64,000 nt of DNA, taken from contig NW_024704743.1 of the NCBI RefSeq assembly GCF_018977255.1, positions 95,668,001-95,732,000 of the forward strand. Reading direction: 5' to 3'. Positions 36,355 to 49,751 of the stretch are shown here, piece after piece. Under the pieces are notes generated by a model. That model worked only from the letters and a program-made list of their open reading frames with translations, was not told the DNA's origin and made no database searches. A program made the translations under genes and the position numbers. Position 1 is the first letter of the stretch. Each line of letters begins with the position of its first letter. This stretch comes from Callorhinchus milii (lineage: Eukaryota).

Positions 36355-37960
36355 CGCTGTCATCACTCCTATCCTTAAAAAAAACCTCCACCGACCCTGC
36401 TCTACTCCCTAACTACTGCCCCATCTCCAACCTCCCCTTCCTCTCCAAGGTCCTGGAATGAGTTGTTGCTTATAAGCTTCGCTCCTTCCTCTCCCGCCAC
36501 TCGCTTCTCGAACCCCTCCAATCGGGTTTCCGTGCCGCCCACAGCACAGAAACAGCCCTGGTCAAAGTGACAAATGACATTCTGTCCATCTGCGACCAGG
36601 GTTCCCTCTGCCTCCTCGTCCTCCTTGACCTCTCTGCTGCCTTCAAAGTTGTCGACCACTCTGTCCTCATCCACCACCTCTCCTCTCACCTCAACCTCCA
36701 CAGCGCTGTCCTTGACTGGTTCAGAACGTATCTCTCACCCCCCGTCCCAGAATACTTAACAGTGGTGGAGCCCAATGCCGAGTCTGGGGGGTGGGGGGGT
36801 AGGTGGCCAATGGTATGGTTGAAGAGGAAGATCTTCAGGCTGATGGTGGAACGGAGGATTCAAAGGTTGAGGAGGCCGGAGCTAGTAGAGCGGAGACAGT
36901 AGGTAGTGCTGTCAGGAGAAAGGAGGTTGGAGAGAATGGGGGGTGCCAAGGCGTTGAGGTTTTAAGCACTAGAGTGAATATCTTGAAGTCGATCTGCTCT
37001 GTGACAGGGAGCCAATGTAGTTTGGACTTGGGTAATCGGGGTGCGGAGTTTAGTGCAGGTGAGAATACAGGCGGCAGAGTTTTGGATGAGTTGAATTTTG
37101 TGAATAATGGAGGAGGAGAGACTGGCGAGGAGGGCATTTGAGTAGTCCAACCGAGAGGTGACAAAGGCATGGACTAGCGTTTTGGCAGCTTGTGGATTGA
37201 GGTGTTGTCGAAGACGGGCAATGTGGAGGAGGTGGAGGAAAGTGGTCCTGTCCAATGTCCAGACGTGGGGATCAAACCTGACAGCTTAGTTACGCATGGG
37301 TTCTGAGAGTTTTAAGGACAGATCGGGTAGGTTGAGGAGGTCGCAACCCCAGGACAGAAGACTTCGATGGGAGCCAAAGAGTATGGCTTCCGTCTTGTTG
37401 ACGTTTAACTGCAAGAAGTTTGTGCTCATCCAGTCCAGTTGGAGGAGGAGAAGTAGAATTGAGTGTCATCCGCATACATGTGGAAGTTAACCCCTTGTCT
37501 GCAGATGCCATCACCGAGAGGGAGCATATAAATGAGTAATAGAAGGGGGCCAAGGATGGAGCCTTGGGGTACCCCGCAGGTGACCGTAATGGGGCAAGAC
37601 GAAAAAACATTTGCGGAAATGTAGTGCTGGTGGTTTGTAAGGTGGGACTCGAACCAAGCGAGTGTGGTCCCACTGAGGTGAATGATGGAAGACAGGCGAT
37701 GGAGGAGGATGATGTGATCAGAGGATAGAATTCAAAATCCTCGTACTTACTTTCAAGGCCCTCCACGGCCTTGTCCCTTCCTACATCTCTGACCTACCTG
37801 ACCAGGTCTCCCGCCCTACCATTGGCGGCTGGGCTTTCAGCCTCTCTGTCCCCGCTCTTTGTAACTTCCATCCCACAATCCCTTTGCCTTGCTTCCTCTC
37901 TTGCCTCCTGACGTGAAAGGCTCTTTACGAATGTAATTTTGTTGTTGTTGTTGTACTAAC
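36355..37960. mobile_element. Cluster of L2 fragments in alternating orientation (+36355-36745, -36790-37720, +37720-37950)
   Basis: [24 protein letters not shown] (+); TSRLDYSN and YADD (-); L2 tail (+). Confidence 0.8.
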
Positions 37961-38409
37961 AATTTAATTTGCAACAATCTTTCAAGCTTAATGCTCGTTT
38001 TAAGATAAATGTAAGATATGTACAATAATTGATATTTGTGAGTGCAAATTCTATCCATGTGTTAATTTTTTTTCTTTGTATTTCTCACAAGTGAAATTGT
38101 ACAAAAGATTTTGTCTAAGACATCATGTACTGTAGTCCTATGTTTAATAAAAATTGACCCCCTGAACTGTCTGCAATTTTATCAAAGTATCATTTAAACT
38201 GTTCAGAGTTACTTGACTGAACAAGGCTGGCAGGGTTTTGGAGACACAGCACAAATGAGAAATTGCTAGCTAGCATGACGTCTGAAACTTAATAGTTCAT
38301 GCCCACATTAAAATTCAGTGCTGTTGGTGGTTAGCTATTCCTCCTTGCATAGTGAGGCAACCTTGATGTGGTCCTTAACTACTCATTCAGAGCTATTCCT
38401 CACATGACA

Positions 38410-40875
38410 GGCTCCATCTCCTCGGACTTCTCTTCCCTGCTCTCCTCGCTCAACCTCTCCCTCCACATCAACTCTGCCACTCACAGTCACGGCCACCCAC
38501 TCGATTTGGTGATCACCCGGGGCCTCAGTGTCTCGGATGTCACCATTACCGACAAGGCCGTCTCCGATCACCACTTCATCTCCTTTCACCACCTCCACCC
38601 CCCTCCCCATCTCCACCAGACCCACCACCATCTTCTACTGCCCCTGGAAGAAGTTAACCCCACAATCCCTAACCGCTGCCTTGGAGTCCTCTGAACTCCT
38701 CTCCCTCTGGCCTTCAACCCTCACTGACCCCTCTTCTCCTCTCACCCTCCTCCACAACACCCTCTCCTCCACACTCTTGCCCCCATCACCTCCCGTACTG
38801 TCTCCTACTCTCGCTCCTCCCCCAGGTTCACCACCCACCTCCGCTCACTGAAGAGCCAGGTGCGGGCCGCTGAACGCACCTGGGTCAAATCTGGCCTAAC
38901 GGTCCACCGACAAATCTGGCTGGACCTCCTCAAAATCTACCGCTCCACTCTAGCCTCGGCCAAGTCGTCCTTCTACTCCAGGATAATTCTGGAGGCGAAG
39001 AACAACCCCAGGCTACTGTTTTCTACCACTTGAATCCAAAATCAAGGGAATTCGCTCCGCGGTCACTTGCCCTTCAACATCCATCCACCCACCCCCCATC
39101 CCCTCCCTCCCACACTGACTCCTACCCATCCTCCCCTACACACTTTCGTACCCGTTTCCCCACCCTCTGTCACCAAACTCATCCTATCCCTGAAACCCAC
39201 CACCTGCTCCCTTGACCCCATCCCCACTCCACTCCTTATCTCCCAGCTCCACCTCCTTGCCCCACATATCACAGACATTGTCAACCTGTCCCTCTCCTCT
39301 GGCTCTGTTCCCATTCCCTTAAAAACTGCCACCATCACTCCCACCTTGAAAAAACCCTCCCTTGATGCGTCGCAGCTATCAAGCTACCGGCCATCTCCAA
39401 CCTCCCCTTCCTGTCCAAGGTCCTGGAACGAGTTGTCGCCTCCCAGCTGCACTCTTTCCTCTCCACCCATTCATTATTCGAACCCCTTCAATCGGGTTTC
39501 CGTGCTGCCCATAGCACAGAAACTGCCCTGGTCAAGGTCACCAATGACATCCTGACCATCTGCGACCAGGGCTCCCTCTGCCTCCTCGTCCTCCTCGACC
39601 TATCGGCAGCATTCGATACGGTCGACCATGCTATCCTACTCCACCGCTTGTCCTCCCACCTCAACCTTCAAGGCCCTGTCATTGAGTGGTTTAGGTCGTA
39701 CCTCTCCCACCATCTTCACTTTCTTTCCACGAATGGCTTTTCCTCCGGCCCCCGCACTGTCTCGTGCAGTGTCCCTCAGGGCTGTCCTCGGTCCCCTCCT
39801 CTTCACCCTCTATATGCTCCCCCTTGGTGACATCATCCGCAGACATGGGGTTAACTTCCACATGTATGCGGATGACACCCAACTCTACCTTTCCTCCTCT
39901 ACCCTCAACTCCACGACCACCGATGTCCTGACAGCTGCCTGTCCGACATCGAGTCCTGGATGAGAGACAACTTTCTTCAGCTCAACGTGCGTAAAACTGA
40001 GGCCCTCCTGATTGGCTCACGTCAGCGCCTCCGCACCTCAGGCGCTGACACCATCAGCATCCAAGGCTGCACTCTCCACCTCTCAAAGCCAGTCAGGAAC
40101 CTCGGGGTTCTGTTCGACCCTGAGCTGTCCTTTCTCCCTCACATCCGCACCACAACTGGCACCGCCTTCCATCACCTCCGGAATGTCGCCAGACTACGGC
40201 ACTACCTCACCCCTCACGCTGCTGAAACCCTGGTTCACGCCTTTATCACCTCAAGGCTGGACTATGGGAACTCTCTCCTCGCCGGCCTTCCCGGCACCTC
40301 CCTCCACAAGCTGCAGGTCATTCAGAACTCTGCAGCTCGTGTACTGTCCCGCACCAGGCTTCGCGACCACATCACTCCCACCCTCGCTCGCCTCCACTGG
40401 CTCCCCATCCCCCAGAGGATCGAATTCAAGATCCACATCCTCACCTACAAGGCCATTCACGGCCTTGCTCCCTCCTACCTCTCCGACCTACTATCCCCCT
40501 ATCTACCTGCCCGTACCCTCCGTTCCTCTGGCTCCGGTCTGCTCCACATCCCCCGCCCCAGCCGCCTTCAGCCTCTCAGGCCCTAGGCTCTGGAACTCCA
40601 TCCCCCAGTGCCTTCGCCTTGCTTCCTCCCTTTCCTCCTTAAAGGCCGGTCTCAAGACCTTTCTCTTTGACCGTGCCTTCAGCTCCCCTCTCGACTCTCT
40701 ATCCCCTCCTCGCCCCCTCCCTTCCCTCCCCTCACCCTGACCATTCCCCCCTCCTCGCTCCCTCCCTTCCCTCACCCTGACCATTTCCCCCCTGCTCGGG
40801 TCCTGACCCAACTGTCCAGCGCCTTGGGACGTCCTCCTGACGTGAAAGGCGCTCTATAAATGGAATCTTGTTGTC
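38410..40875 (+). mobile_element. L2 LINE, second subfamily, long ORF2 remnant
   Basis: [24 protein letters not shown]; 208-aa ORF with NFLQLN..KTE, TSRLDYGN, LHWLP; tail gggacgtcctcctgacgtgaaaggcgctctataaatg. Confidence 0.92.
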
Positions 40876-41459
40876 TTTTGGGTGCACTGCTTCCAACTAG
40901 CTGCATAGTTCCAGGGAAGATTTCACCTCCCTGCACAGAATATCTTGAATATCTTGCAGTACATCAGAATATCATCATAGCACTAAGGAAAAAGATTTTC
41001 TTAACAAAGCTATTTGGGGCAATGTACTGAGAAAATAACAGCACCAATTAAAAGATGGGGTCAGCCTTGAAACTACATGTTTCTTACCATGCATCGAACT
41101 AGAATGTTTGATAATGTAAATAAACCTGTGTAGTGATAAACAAGTTAGTGTCGTATCAGAACTCCATTTCCAGTAGGTCTGCCAGAAACCAGTTTTGAAG
41201 GGCAAAGTAAGTAATAGAAAACAATGATATCTGCAGTCCTTTGGCAAAGACACTTAGCTCAACACCCAACCAGTAACTCTATTTAATCATTCCAGAATAT
41301 TACCGAGTTTCGAGTCTGACAGAAGCTGCCAAGGACAAGAATGATAGATAAGTAACAATCTCTTAAGAAATATTGGAAACATAAGATGTTTATAGATAAT
41401 TGATTCTGCATTTGTTCTTTGTTAATTCAATAGAAATCAATAATAATAATAGCCCTTGC

Positions 41460-41741
41460 AGAGCTCTCACCTTGCAAGCAAGAGACCTGGGTTCAATTCC
41501 CAGCAAGGCCAAACCTTGGGCAAGTTTCCTTACTCCACACGCTTGATAATAATCCCTCAAGGAAAAAAAACGAATAATAATTTGGTCACACAATCCACGA
41601 CTGTTTGTGGGACACTACAGTGAGCAATTGGCTGCCGCATTTCGCCCACAAGTATACAGTTTAAAGTATATTCTGTGAAGCACTTTGAGACGTCTAGAAG
41701 ACGTGAAAACCACTATATCAAATGCAAAGATTATTATTATC
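41460..41741 (+). mobile_element. Same SINE family
   Basis: gggttcaattccc B box, core and tail. Confidence 0.88.
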
Positions 41742-41835
41742 ATCATTTGATATAGTGCCTTCTCATGTCATTGAGTCATCTCAAAGTGCTTCACAGATTG
41801 TACTATAAAGATTGGATTGTGTTGAACATGTGTTT

Positions 41836-43530
41836 TACAACAACAACAACAACAAAATTACATTTATAGAGCACGTCGGGAGGACGTCCCAAAGCACTGA
41901 GAAGCCAGGTGTCGGGGCTCGAGAATGGGGGAGGGATGGTGTAGGGGTGAGGGAAGGCAGAGCGTTGGGAGGGCGACCGAAGGCACGATCAAAGAGAAGG
42001 GTCTTGAGACTGGCCTTGAAGGGAGGAAGCGAGGCGAAGGGACAGTGGGATGGAGTTCCAGAGTGTGGGGGCAGAGAGGCTGAAAGCCCGGCCACCGATG
42101 GTAGGGCGAGTCGGGCGGGAGACATGGAGCAGGCTGGAGCCTGCTGAATGGAGGGAGCGGACAGGTTGGTAGGGAGTCAGCAGGTCAGAGTGGTAGGAGG
42201 GGACAAGGCCATGGATGGCCTTAAAGGTGAGGACGAGGATCTTGAATTCGATCCTCTGGGGGATGGGGAGCCAATGGAGTCGGGCAAGGGTGGGAGTGAC
42301 GGGGTCGCGGAGCCTGGTGCGTGAGAGTACAGAAGCTGCATGGAGGGAGTGAGAGGAGAGGAAAGAACGAAGCTGGGAGGCAACGGCTCTCTTAAGGACC
42401 TTGGATAGGAAGGGGAGATTTGAGATGGGCCGGTAGCTAGATAGCTATGATGGGTCAAGGCAAGGTTTCTTCAAGGTGGGCGTGATAGTGGCTGTTTTAA
42501 GAAGGGAAGGAACAGTGCCAGATGACATGGAGAGGTTAATGATGTCGGTGAGTAGTGGGGCAAGGAGGTGAAGCTGGGATTTAAAGAGAGGGGTGGGAAA
42601 GGGTCCAGGGAGCAGGTAGTGGGCTTCATGGAGGTTACAGTCGTGAAGACAGAGGAGGCGGTGACAGGTTCAAAGGTGTGGAAGGAGGGATGGGTAGTTG
42701 TCGGATGGGTAGTTGTGTAGGGTGGGGGTAGGGAGGGGGTGGAAGATGGGAGCGCAGTGGCAGCTGAGCGGATTCCATCGATTTTGGACTTGAGGAAGTC
42801 CAGCATTTTCTCGCAGTGAGAGTCAGAGGAAAGAATTTGCAAGGCGTGGTGGGGAGGGCGGAGGAGCCGGTTGGTGGTGAGGAATAGGAGCCTGGGGTTG
42901 CCCTTCGCTTCCAAGATTAACCTGGAATAGAAGGATGATTTGGCTGAGGCGAGAGCGGAGCAGTAGTTCTTGATGAGGTCCAGCCAGATGTAGCGGTGGA
43001 CCGCTAGGCCGGATTTGATCCAAGTGCGTTTGGCAGACTGCACCGGCCCTTAAGCAAGCGGAGGTGGCTGGTGAACCAGGGTGAGGATCGGGAATAGGAG
43101 GCAGTTCGGGAGGTGAGGGGGGCAAGGACGTCGAGTACAGTGAAGTGGGTGCCGTGGAGAAGAGTGAGTGCAGCAAGTAGGTTGGTGTGAGAGGTGGGCC
43201 AGAGGGGTAGGAGATCAGAGGACTTCAGGGCAGCGGAGAGGGATTGCAGGGAGCTCTTCTTCCACGGGCGGTAGAAGATGGTAGTAGGTTTGGAGGCAGT
43301 AGGGAGAGGGATATGGGAGTTGAGGGAGATGAAATGGTGCTCAGAGATGGCCTTGTCAGTGATGGTGGCATCCGAGATGCTGAGGCCCCGGGTGATCACC
43401 AGGTCGAGCGGGTGACCGTGGGTGTAGGTAGCAGAGTGGATGTGAAGGGAGAGGCTGAGAGAGGAGAGAGAGAGGAGAAGTCTGGGAGATGGAGCAGGAG
43501 GGGGTGAAGTGGAGGTTGAAGTCACCTAGA
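41836..43530 (-). mobile_element. L2 LINE with a large internal deletion of the RT region
   Basis: GDFNLH, HGHPLDLVIT, SPWF, then a jump to LHWLP and the (TTG)n tail. Confidence 0.88.
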
Positions 43531-43925
43531 GAAAGTATGGAGAAATAGATAGAAATTCATATTTTAGAGATTCAGAGAGAAAGAGAGAGAAAGCAGTAGA
43601 GATTAACCTCAAGTATTGGGAATTCTAGGCATGTGTAATATAAGATAAGAGGAGAGAAGTTGTTGAGAAAGCAATTAAATGGTAAGGATATGAGAGTTAA
43701 ATATGAGAATATAATGCTCATGTTATACTGCATCTGCTCGGCTTGCTTTGAGAGTGTTGCAAGTGCACAGTACCAAGTTACTACAACAACAACAATTTAT
43801 ACAGCACCCTTCATGCAGGGTAGCATCCCAGAACACTTCAAGTTATATTGTCCCCTCCTCCTGTTGCTGCTTCATTATCCCAAGCAAAGCTCTCTGTTCT
43901 TGTGTAGTGAAATGCATACTTTACT

Positions 43926-45855
43926 TAACATAACATAACATGTAGGAGCAGGAGTAGGCCATTCGGCCCTTCGAGCCTACCCAGCCATTCAATCATGGCT
44001 GATCTTCTAATCTAACTCCAGCTAATAACCTGACCCTGCCTTGTCCCCATATCCCTTAATCCCTTTTGCAATAAGAAATCTATCTATTTCAGTTTTGAAT
44101 ATGTTCAAGGACTGAGCGTCAACAGCCCTTTGGGGTCGTGAGTTCCATACATTCACCACCCTTTGAGTGAAGAAGTTCTTCCTCAACTCAGTCCGAAAGA
44201 GCTGGCCTCTGATTTTAAGGTTGTGACCCCTGGTTTTAGTTCCTCCAACCAGGGAAAACAATTTCCTACTATCTACTCTATCATGCCCTTTAATGATCTT
44301 ATAGGTTTCTATAATATCCCCTCTAATTCTTCTATATTCCAGAGAATATAGGTGCAAATTGATCAGCCTATCCTCGTAACTCATCCCCTTCATCCCTGGT
44401 ACTAACCTGGTAAATCTACGCTGCAGCCCCTCCAAGGCAAGTACATCCTTACTTAAATAAGGAGACCAAAACTGCACACAGTATTCCAGGTGTGGTCTCA
44501 CCAGGGCCCTATACAGTTGCAGCAAGACTTCCCTACTCTTATACTCTAATCCTTTGATAATGAATGCTAACATACCGTTCGCCTTCCTAATTGCTGCTGC
44601 ACCTGCAGACTAACTTTCTGTGATTGGTGTACAAGGACATCCAAGTCCCTCTGGACGCTAACACATTCCAATCTCTCCCCTTCTAAAAAATAACCCGCAC
44701 TACTATTTTTGCTACCTTGGTGGATGACTTTGCACTTCCCTACATTATACTTCATCTGCCACCTACCTGCCCAATCACCTAACCTATCTATGTCTCGCTG
44801 CATTTTTTTAATGTCCTCTATGTTGACACTTCCTCCTAGTTTTGTGTCATCCGCGAATTTAGATATATTAACTTCGATGTCCTCATCTAGATCGTTGATG
44901 TAGATGGTAAATAGCTGAGGCCCAAGGACCGATCCTTGTGGCACTCCACTAGTCACATCCCGCCAATCTGAAAAGGACCCGTTTATCCCTACTCTGCGTT
45001 TCCTACCCGTTAACAATTCCCCAATCCACGTTAATATGCTCCTCCCAATTCCATGGGCCTTTATCTTTTGGACTAACTTTTCATGCGGCACCTTATCGAA
45101 TGTCTTCTGGAAGTCCAAATAGACCACATCCACTGATTCACCCTTATCTAGTTTACTGGAAATATCCTCAAAAAACTCTATGAGATTTGTTAATCATGAC
45201 TTCCCTTTTGTAAAGCCATGTTGACTTGGCCTATTTATATTGTGCTCTCCTAAATACCGCACTACCACATCCTTAATCAATGATTCTAAAATGTTTCCTA
45301 TCACTGATGTGAGACTAACTGGCCTATAGTTATCCATCTTTTCCTTTCCACCTTTTTTGAAAAGTAGTGTGACATTTGCCATCTTCCAATCCATGGGGAC
45401 AGTTCCAGAATCTAAGGAATTTTGGAAGATCAGACATAAGGCCCCCACTATCTCATAAGCTACCTCTTTTAAAACCCTGGGATGCAAGCCAGGGGATTTG
45501 TCACTTTTTAGTGCTAACAGTTTCCCGAGCACCAATTCTCTACTCATGAAAATTTCCCTAAGTTGCTCCCTGTCCTTATCCCCTTGGTGCATCTCTATTG
45601 TTGACAGACTTGTTGTGTCTTCTAGGGTGAAGACAGATGCAAAGTACCCATTTAGGGACTCTGCCATGTCCTTATCCCCCATTACAACTTCTCCCGTCTC
45701 TGACTGAAGTGGACCTACATTTACCCTCACTAGCCTATTCCTCTTAATATATTTGTAAAAACTTTTACAATCAGACTTAATGTTCCTAGCTAGCTTACCC
45801 TCATACTCCTTTTTCTCACTCTTAATTTTTTTTAGTTTTATTTTGCTGGTTTCTA
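43926..45855 (-). mobile_element. CR1-clade LINE, 3' portion (RT and C-terminus)
   Basis: [65 protein letters not shown]; (ATGTT)n tail at 43926-43940. Confidence 0.95.
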
Positions 45856-45869
45856 AAACTCAATTAATT

Positions 45870-47482
45870 AACTTACTCAAGTTGGAAGAGGTGGCAATGG
45901 CATGGCAGGTGTTATGTGAGGAGTGTGACATGTGGGAGCTGATGAAGGACAGTCTGACCCCGGGTGACCACATCTGCAGAAGATGTCTGCAACTGAGGCG
46001 CACACACTACGGAGTATCAGAGACAGTGAGTGCTTCCTGGATAGCTACATCCTGGAGCCAGTCACTCCCCTGAGGGAATATACACTCAACATTGATTATG
46101 GTCAGGATAGGTCAATGGACAGTCAGGAGGTCAGGGGGACAACGGAAAGAGTGGTAGTAAATCCGGCATTAACCTTGAACAACAGATATGAAATCCTTGG
46201 AATTTGTATCGACAAGGAAGCCGGTGAGGTGGAAGGAAAAACTACCTCTAACACTGGAGCAAAAGAGCAGATGGTTGTCGTCATTGGGGATGAGACTATT
46301 TGGCAGACAGACACAATCATCTGCAACACCAACCAGAAGACCAGAAGGCTTTGTTGCCTCCCTGGGGCCGGGGTGAAGGATGTCTCGGCAGGGCTAGAGG
46401 AAAATTTAAAATATGAGGGCAAGGATCCGTTGGTGGTACTTCACATAGGTACCAATGACATTGGTAGAGTAGACCAAGATGACTTGAGAAGGGAACTCGA
46501 AGAGCTGGGGTCTAAATTGAAGTCGAGATCATCGAAGGTGGTAATATCAGGACTACTGCCTGTACCATACGACAATTGGTACAGGAACAAACAAATTAAG
46601 GACTTGAACGCATGGCTAAAAGAGTGGTGCGGAACTCAGGGGTTTCTTTTTATGGGCCATTGGCACGAGTATTGGGGGAAAAGAGAGCTCTTTCAGAGAA
46701 AAGGGCTGCATTTAAATTGTGCTGGGACAAATGTCCTAGCTGAATGAATTAACAGGGAAATAAATAGGAATTTAAACTAGTAAATGGGGGGGAATATATA
46801 GGTAAGAGAAACCATAAATTAGCATTAGAAAAAGTAAAGATGACAGTGCAGAATAGCATGCCAGATAATAGGAATAAAGAAGCTTGGCAAAGCAGATAAG
46901 GAATCAGAGAGTAGAGGAAATGGTAGGAAATAAAAATGTTTATATCTGAATGTGTGAAGCATTTGGAATAAAACTAATGAATTAAAAGCACAGATAGACA
47001 CATATAGGTACGATCTAGTAGCCATCACTGAAACATGGTTACAAGGAGATCTAGGGTGGGAGTTAAATATTCCAGGATTCTCAGTTTACAGGAAAGATAG
47101 GCACTGTGGGAAAAGAGGTGGGGTGGTAGCCCTGTTAATTAGGGATGAAATAAAAGCAGTGGAGAGGAAGGATCTGAAATCCGATGACCAGGAGGTCGAG
47201 ACAATATGGGTGGAAATAAAAAATAATAAAGGGAAGAAAATATTAATGGGAGTGGTTTATAGACCCCCAAACAGCGATTATGATATAGGACAGGGTATCG
47301 AGAAATCAGTGGAGTATGTAGGAAAGGTAAAGCGATAATAGTGGGTGATTTCAATCTCCACATAGATTGGGAAAACCAAATCGGCAAAAGTAGGTCAGAA
47401 GAAGAGTTCATTGAGTGTATGAGAGATAACTTTCTAGAGCAGCATGCCGAGGAACCAACTAGGGGACAGGCCATCCTAGACT
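45870..47482 (+). mobile_element. CR1-clade LINE, 5' portion in inverted orientation (ORF1 zinc finger plus SGNH-esterase-like domain; ORF2 endonuclease)
   Basis: CEECDMW...HICRRC; VVVIGD, CLPGA, HIGTND, ISGLLP, GLHLN; then AITETW, RKDR, GGGVAL, GVVYRPP, GDFN, EPTRGQAILD. Confidence 0.92.
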
Positions 47483-48264
47483 TTCTACTTCTACTATTTA
47501 TTGCACAAGATTCCCAACACTTATGAGACTAGACTCTACTGCTCTCTTTCTTTCTCAGAATCTGTAAAATTTTAATTTCTATCTTTCTCCATTACTTTAT
47601 GTCTGTTTTCTATTTTTGTGACTAAGACTTCACTGAACAAAACTAACACTACTAGCAAAAAATCCAGTTATTTGTACGTGTGAAAGTTGTGCACATGAAC
47701 ATGAGATTACTAAGGATACAAAGAAATTGCGTTCCTAAGGAACCAGTAACTTCACAAATGGAGATAACTCGATGTCCAATTCTGTTAGCTATCATTATGG
47801 GGGGACAATTGGGATTCCATCTTGATAGCTAATAGAAACTAAGTGGAGGAGGTCTAACCTGTTTCGTTCTAATGACAGGCCTCCACTGTCCTTAAGAAAA
47901 GTACAACTGCTTAAAATATTCTACAATATGACCACAAAACATAGAACCATAATAATCGTTATATTTGATATAGTGCCTTATCAACCATAGAAATGTATGG
48001 CACAGAAGAAGCCCATTCGGCCCATTATGTCTATCCTGGCTCCCTCAAGAGCAATTATTCCAGTCCCACATCCCTGCCCTTTCAACCTGTAGCTGACCTT
48101 TTTAATTATCTATAATAATAATTCTTGCATTTGATATAGTAATAACAATCCTTGCCTTATCACGTCTTCAAGACGTCTCAAAGAGCTTCACAGAATATAC
48201 TGTAAAGTGTCTAATTCCCTCCTGAAAGCCCACCACGGCCTTGCTCCTCCCTACCTCTGTAACC

Positions 48265-48705
48265 CCTCATACATGCATTCGTAACATCCAGGCTTGACTA
48301 TGCAAACTCCCTGCTTGTCGGCTTCCCAGGCTCCTCCCTCTATCCAGAACTCTGCAGCCAATGTCCTCTCTCGCACCAGGATCCATGACCCCATCACCCC
48401 AATCCTCATCCCACTCCACTGGTTTCCCATCGCACAGAGGATACAGTTCTCAGCCTTCAGCCTCTCTACCCCCACCCTCTGGAACTCCATCCCACAGTCC
48501 CTTCGTCTCGCCCCCTCTCTTGCCTCCTTCAAGGCTTGTTTCAAGACCCTCCTCTTCAACCATGCCTTCAGTCACCCTCCTATCCCTACCCTCTTCGTCC
48601 TCTTGATCCCAACCACCAGCTTGGGTGCGGATCTCTGACTGTCCAGCGCCTTGCGATGTCCTCCTGATGTGAAAGGCGCTATACAATGTAATTTGTTGTT
48701 GTTCA
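48265..48705 (+). mobile_element. L2 LINE 3' fragment
   Basis: IQNSAA..L.R, LHWFP, WNSIP, L2 tail. Confidence 0.8.
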
Positions 48706-48869
48706 AGGCCAATCTGAATTTTTCCCTGAAAACAAGAAAAAGGTAGATTCAGGAGGTGACATCACTGGGATTAAAGAAGGTGGGTTTTATCACATAAATC
48801 ACAGTCAAAGCTTGACATGTTGTGTGGCAAACTATATACTATATCCCGAGATATTATTTTCTAGCAGAA

Positions 48870-49190
48870 ATCTATTCAATTTGTTCTTGAAACCAACAAT
48901 ATTTTCTGCTTCCACTGTCTCCCTAGAGAGCCTGTTCCATAAGTTTACTACTCGCTCACTGAAGTAGTGTTTCTGCAGATTTGTTCTGAATTTACCCCCC
49001 TTCAATCGCAGGCCGTGTCCTCTGCTTGTTCAGTACAAGCTTATCATGGTCTACATTATCTATTCCCTTCAGAATGTTAAAGACCATAATCATATCATTC
49101 CTCAACCTTCTCTTCTCCAGGGAGAACATGCTCAGTTTATCTAACCACTCCTTGTAGTCCAGTCCCTCCATCCCCTCAATCATTTTGGTT
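48870..49190 (-). mobile_element. CR1 3' fragment
   Basis: MIEGMEGLDYKEWLDKLSMFSLEKRRLRNDMI.VF.IL.G.D. Confidence 0.8.
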
Positions 49191-49751
49191 GATTACACAG
49201 AGCAAATAAACTAAAGGCAGGAGAGATTACAGGCAGGTATTATAGTATTCTGTGAGAGTGGAAATCCCTCCCTCTACCTCTCCATTAAATCGCACCTAAA
49301 AACATACCTCTTCAACCATGCATATCACCACCCACTTCCCTTCCTTGCTCAGCATCCAACTTTCTTCGTGTAGAGTTCCAAGATGTTATTCTACATGAAG
49401 GGCGTTATATAATTGTAAGATATAAGATTGTTGTTTCAGACCTGGATTGCTGCCATCATTGTTATTTCCTTAGACAAGGTCAGTGTTATCGTAAATTCTA
49501 GACAAGAGGTGCTTTCAATCATTTTTGTGTAGTTATAGTTGGTGTCTTGTTTGACCCTCAACTATCCTTTATACCCTACATCCATGCTATCACCCACTTT
49601 GCTTCCCTCATCTCCTCAACATCACCTGGCTCCGCCACTGTCTCACACCGCAGGCTGCTGAAACCCTTATACACGCATTCATAACATCCAGGTTTGACTA
49701 TGCAAATTTCCATCTTGTCAGACTCTCCAACTCCTCCCTCCATGGGCTGCA

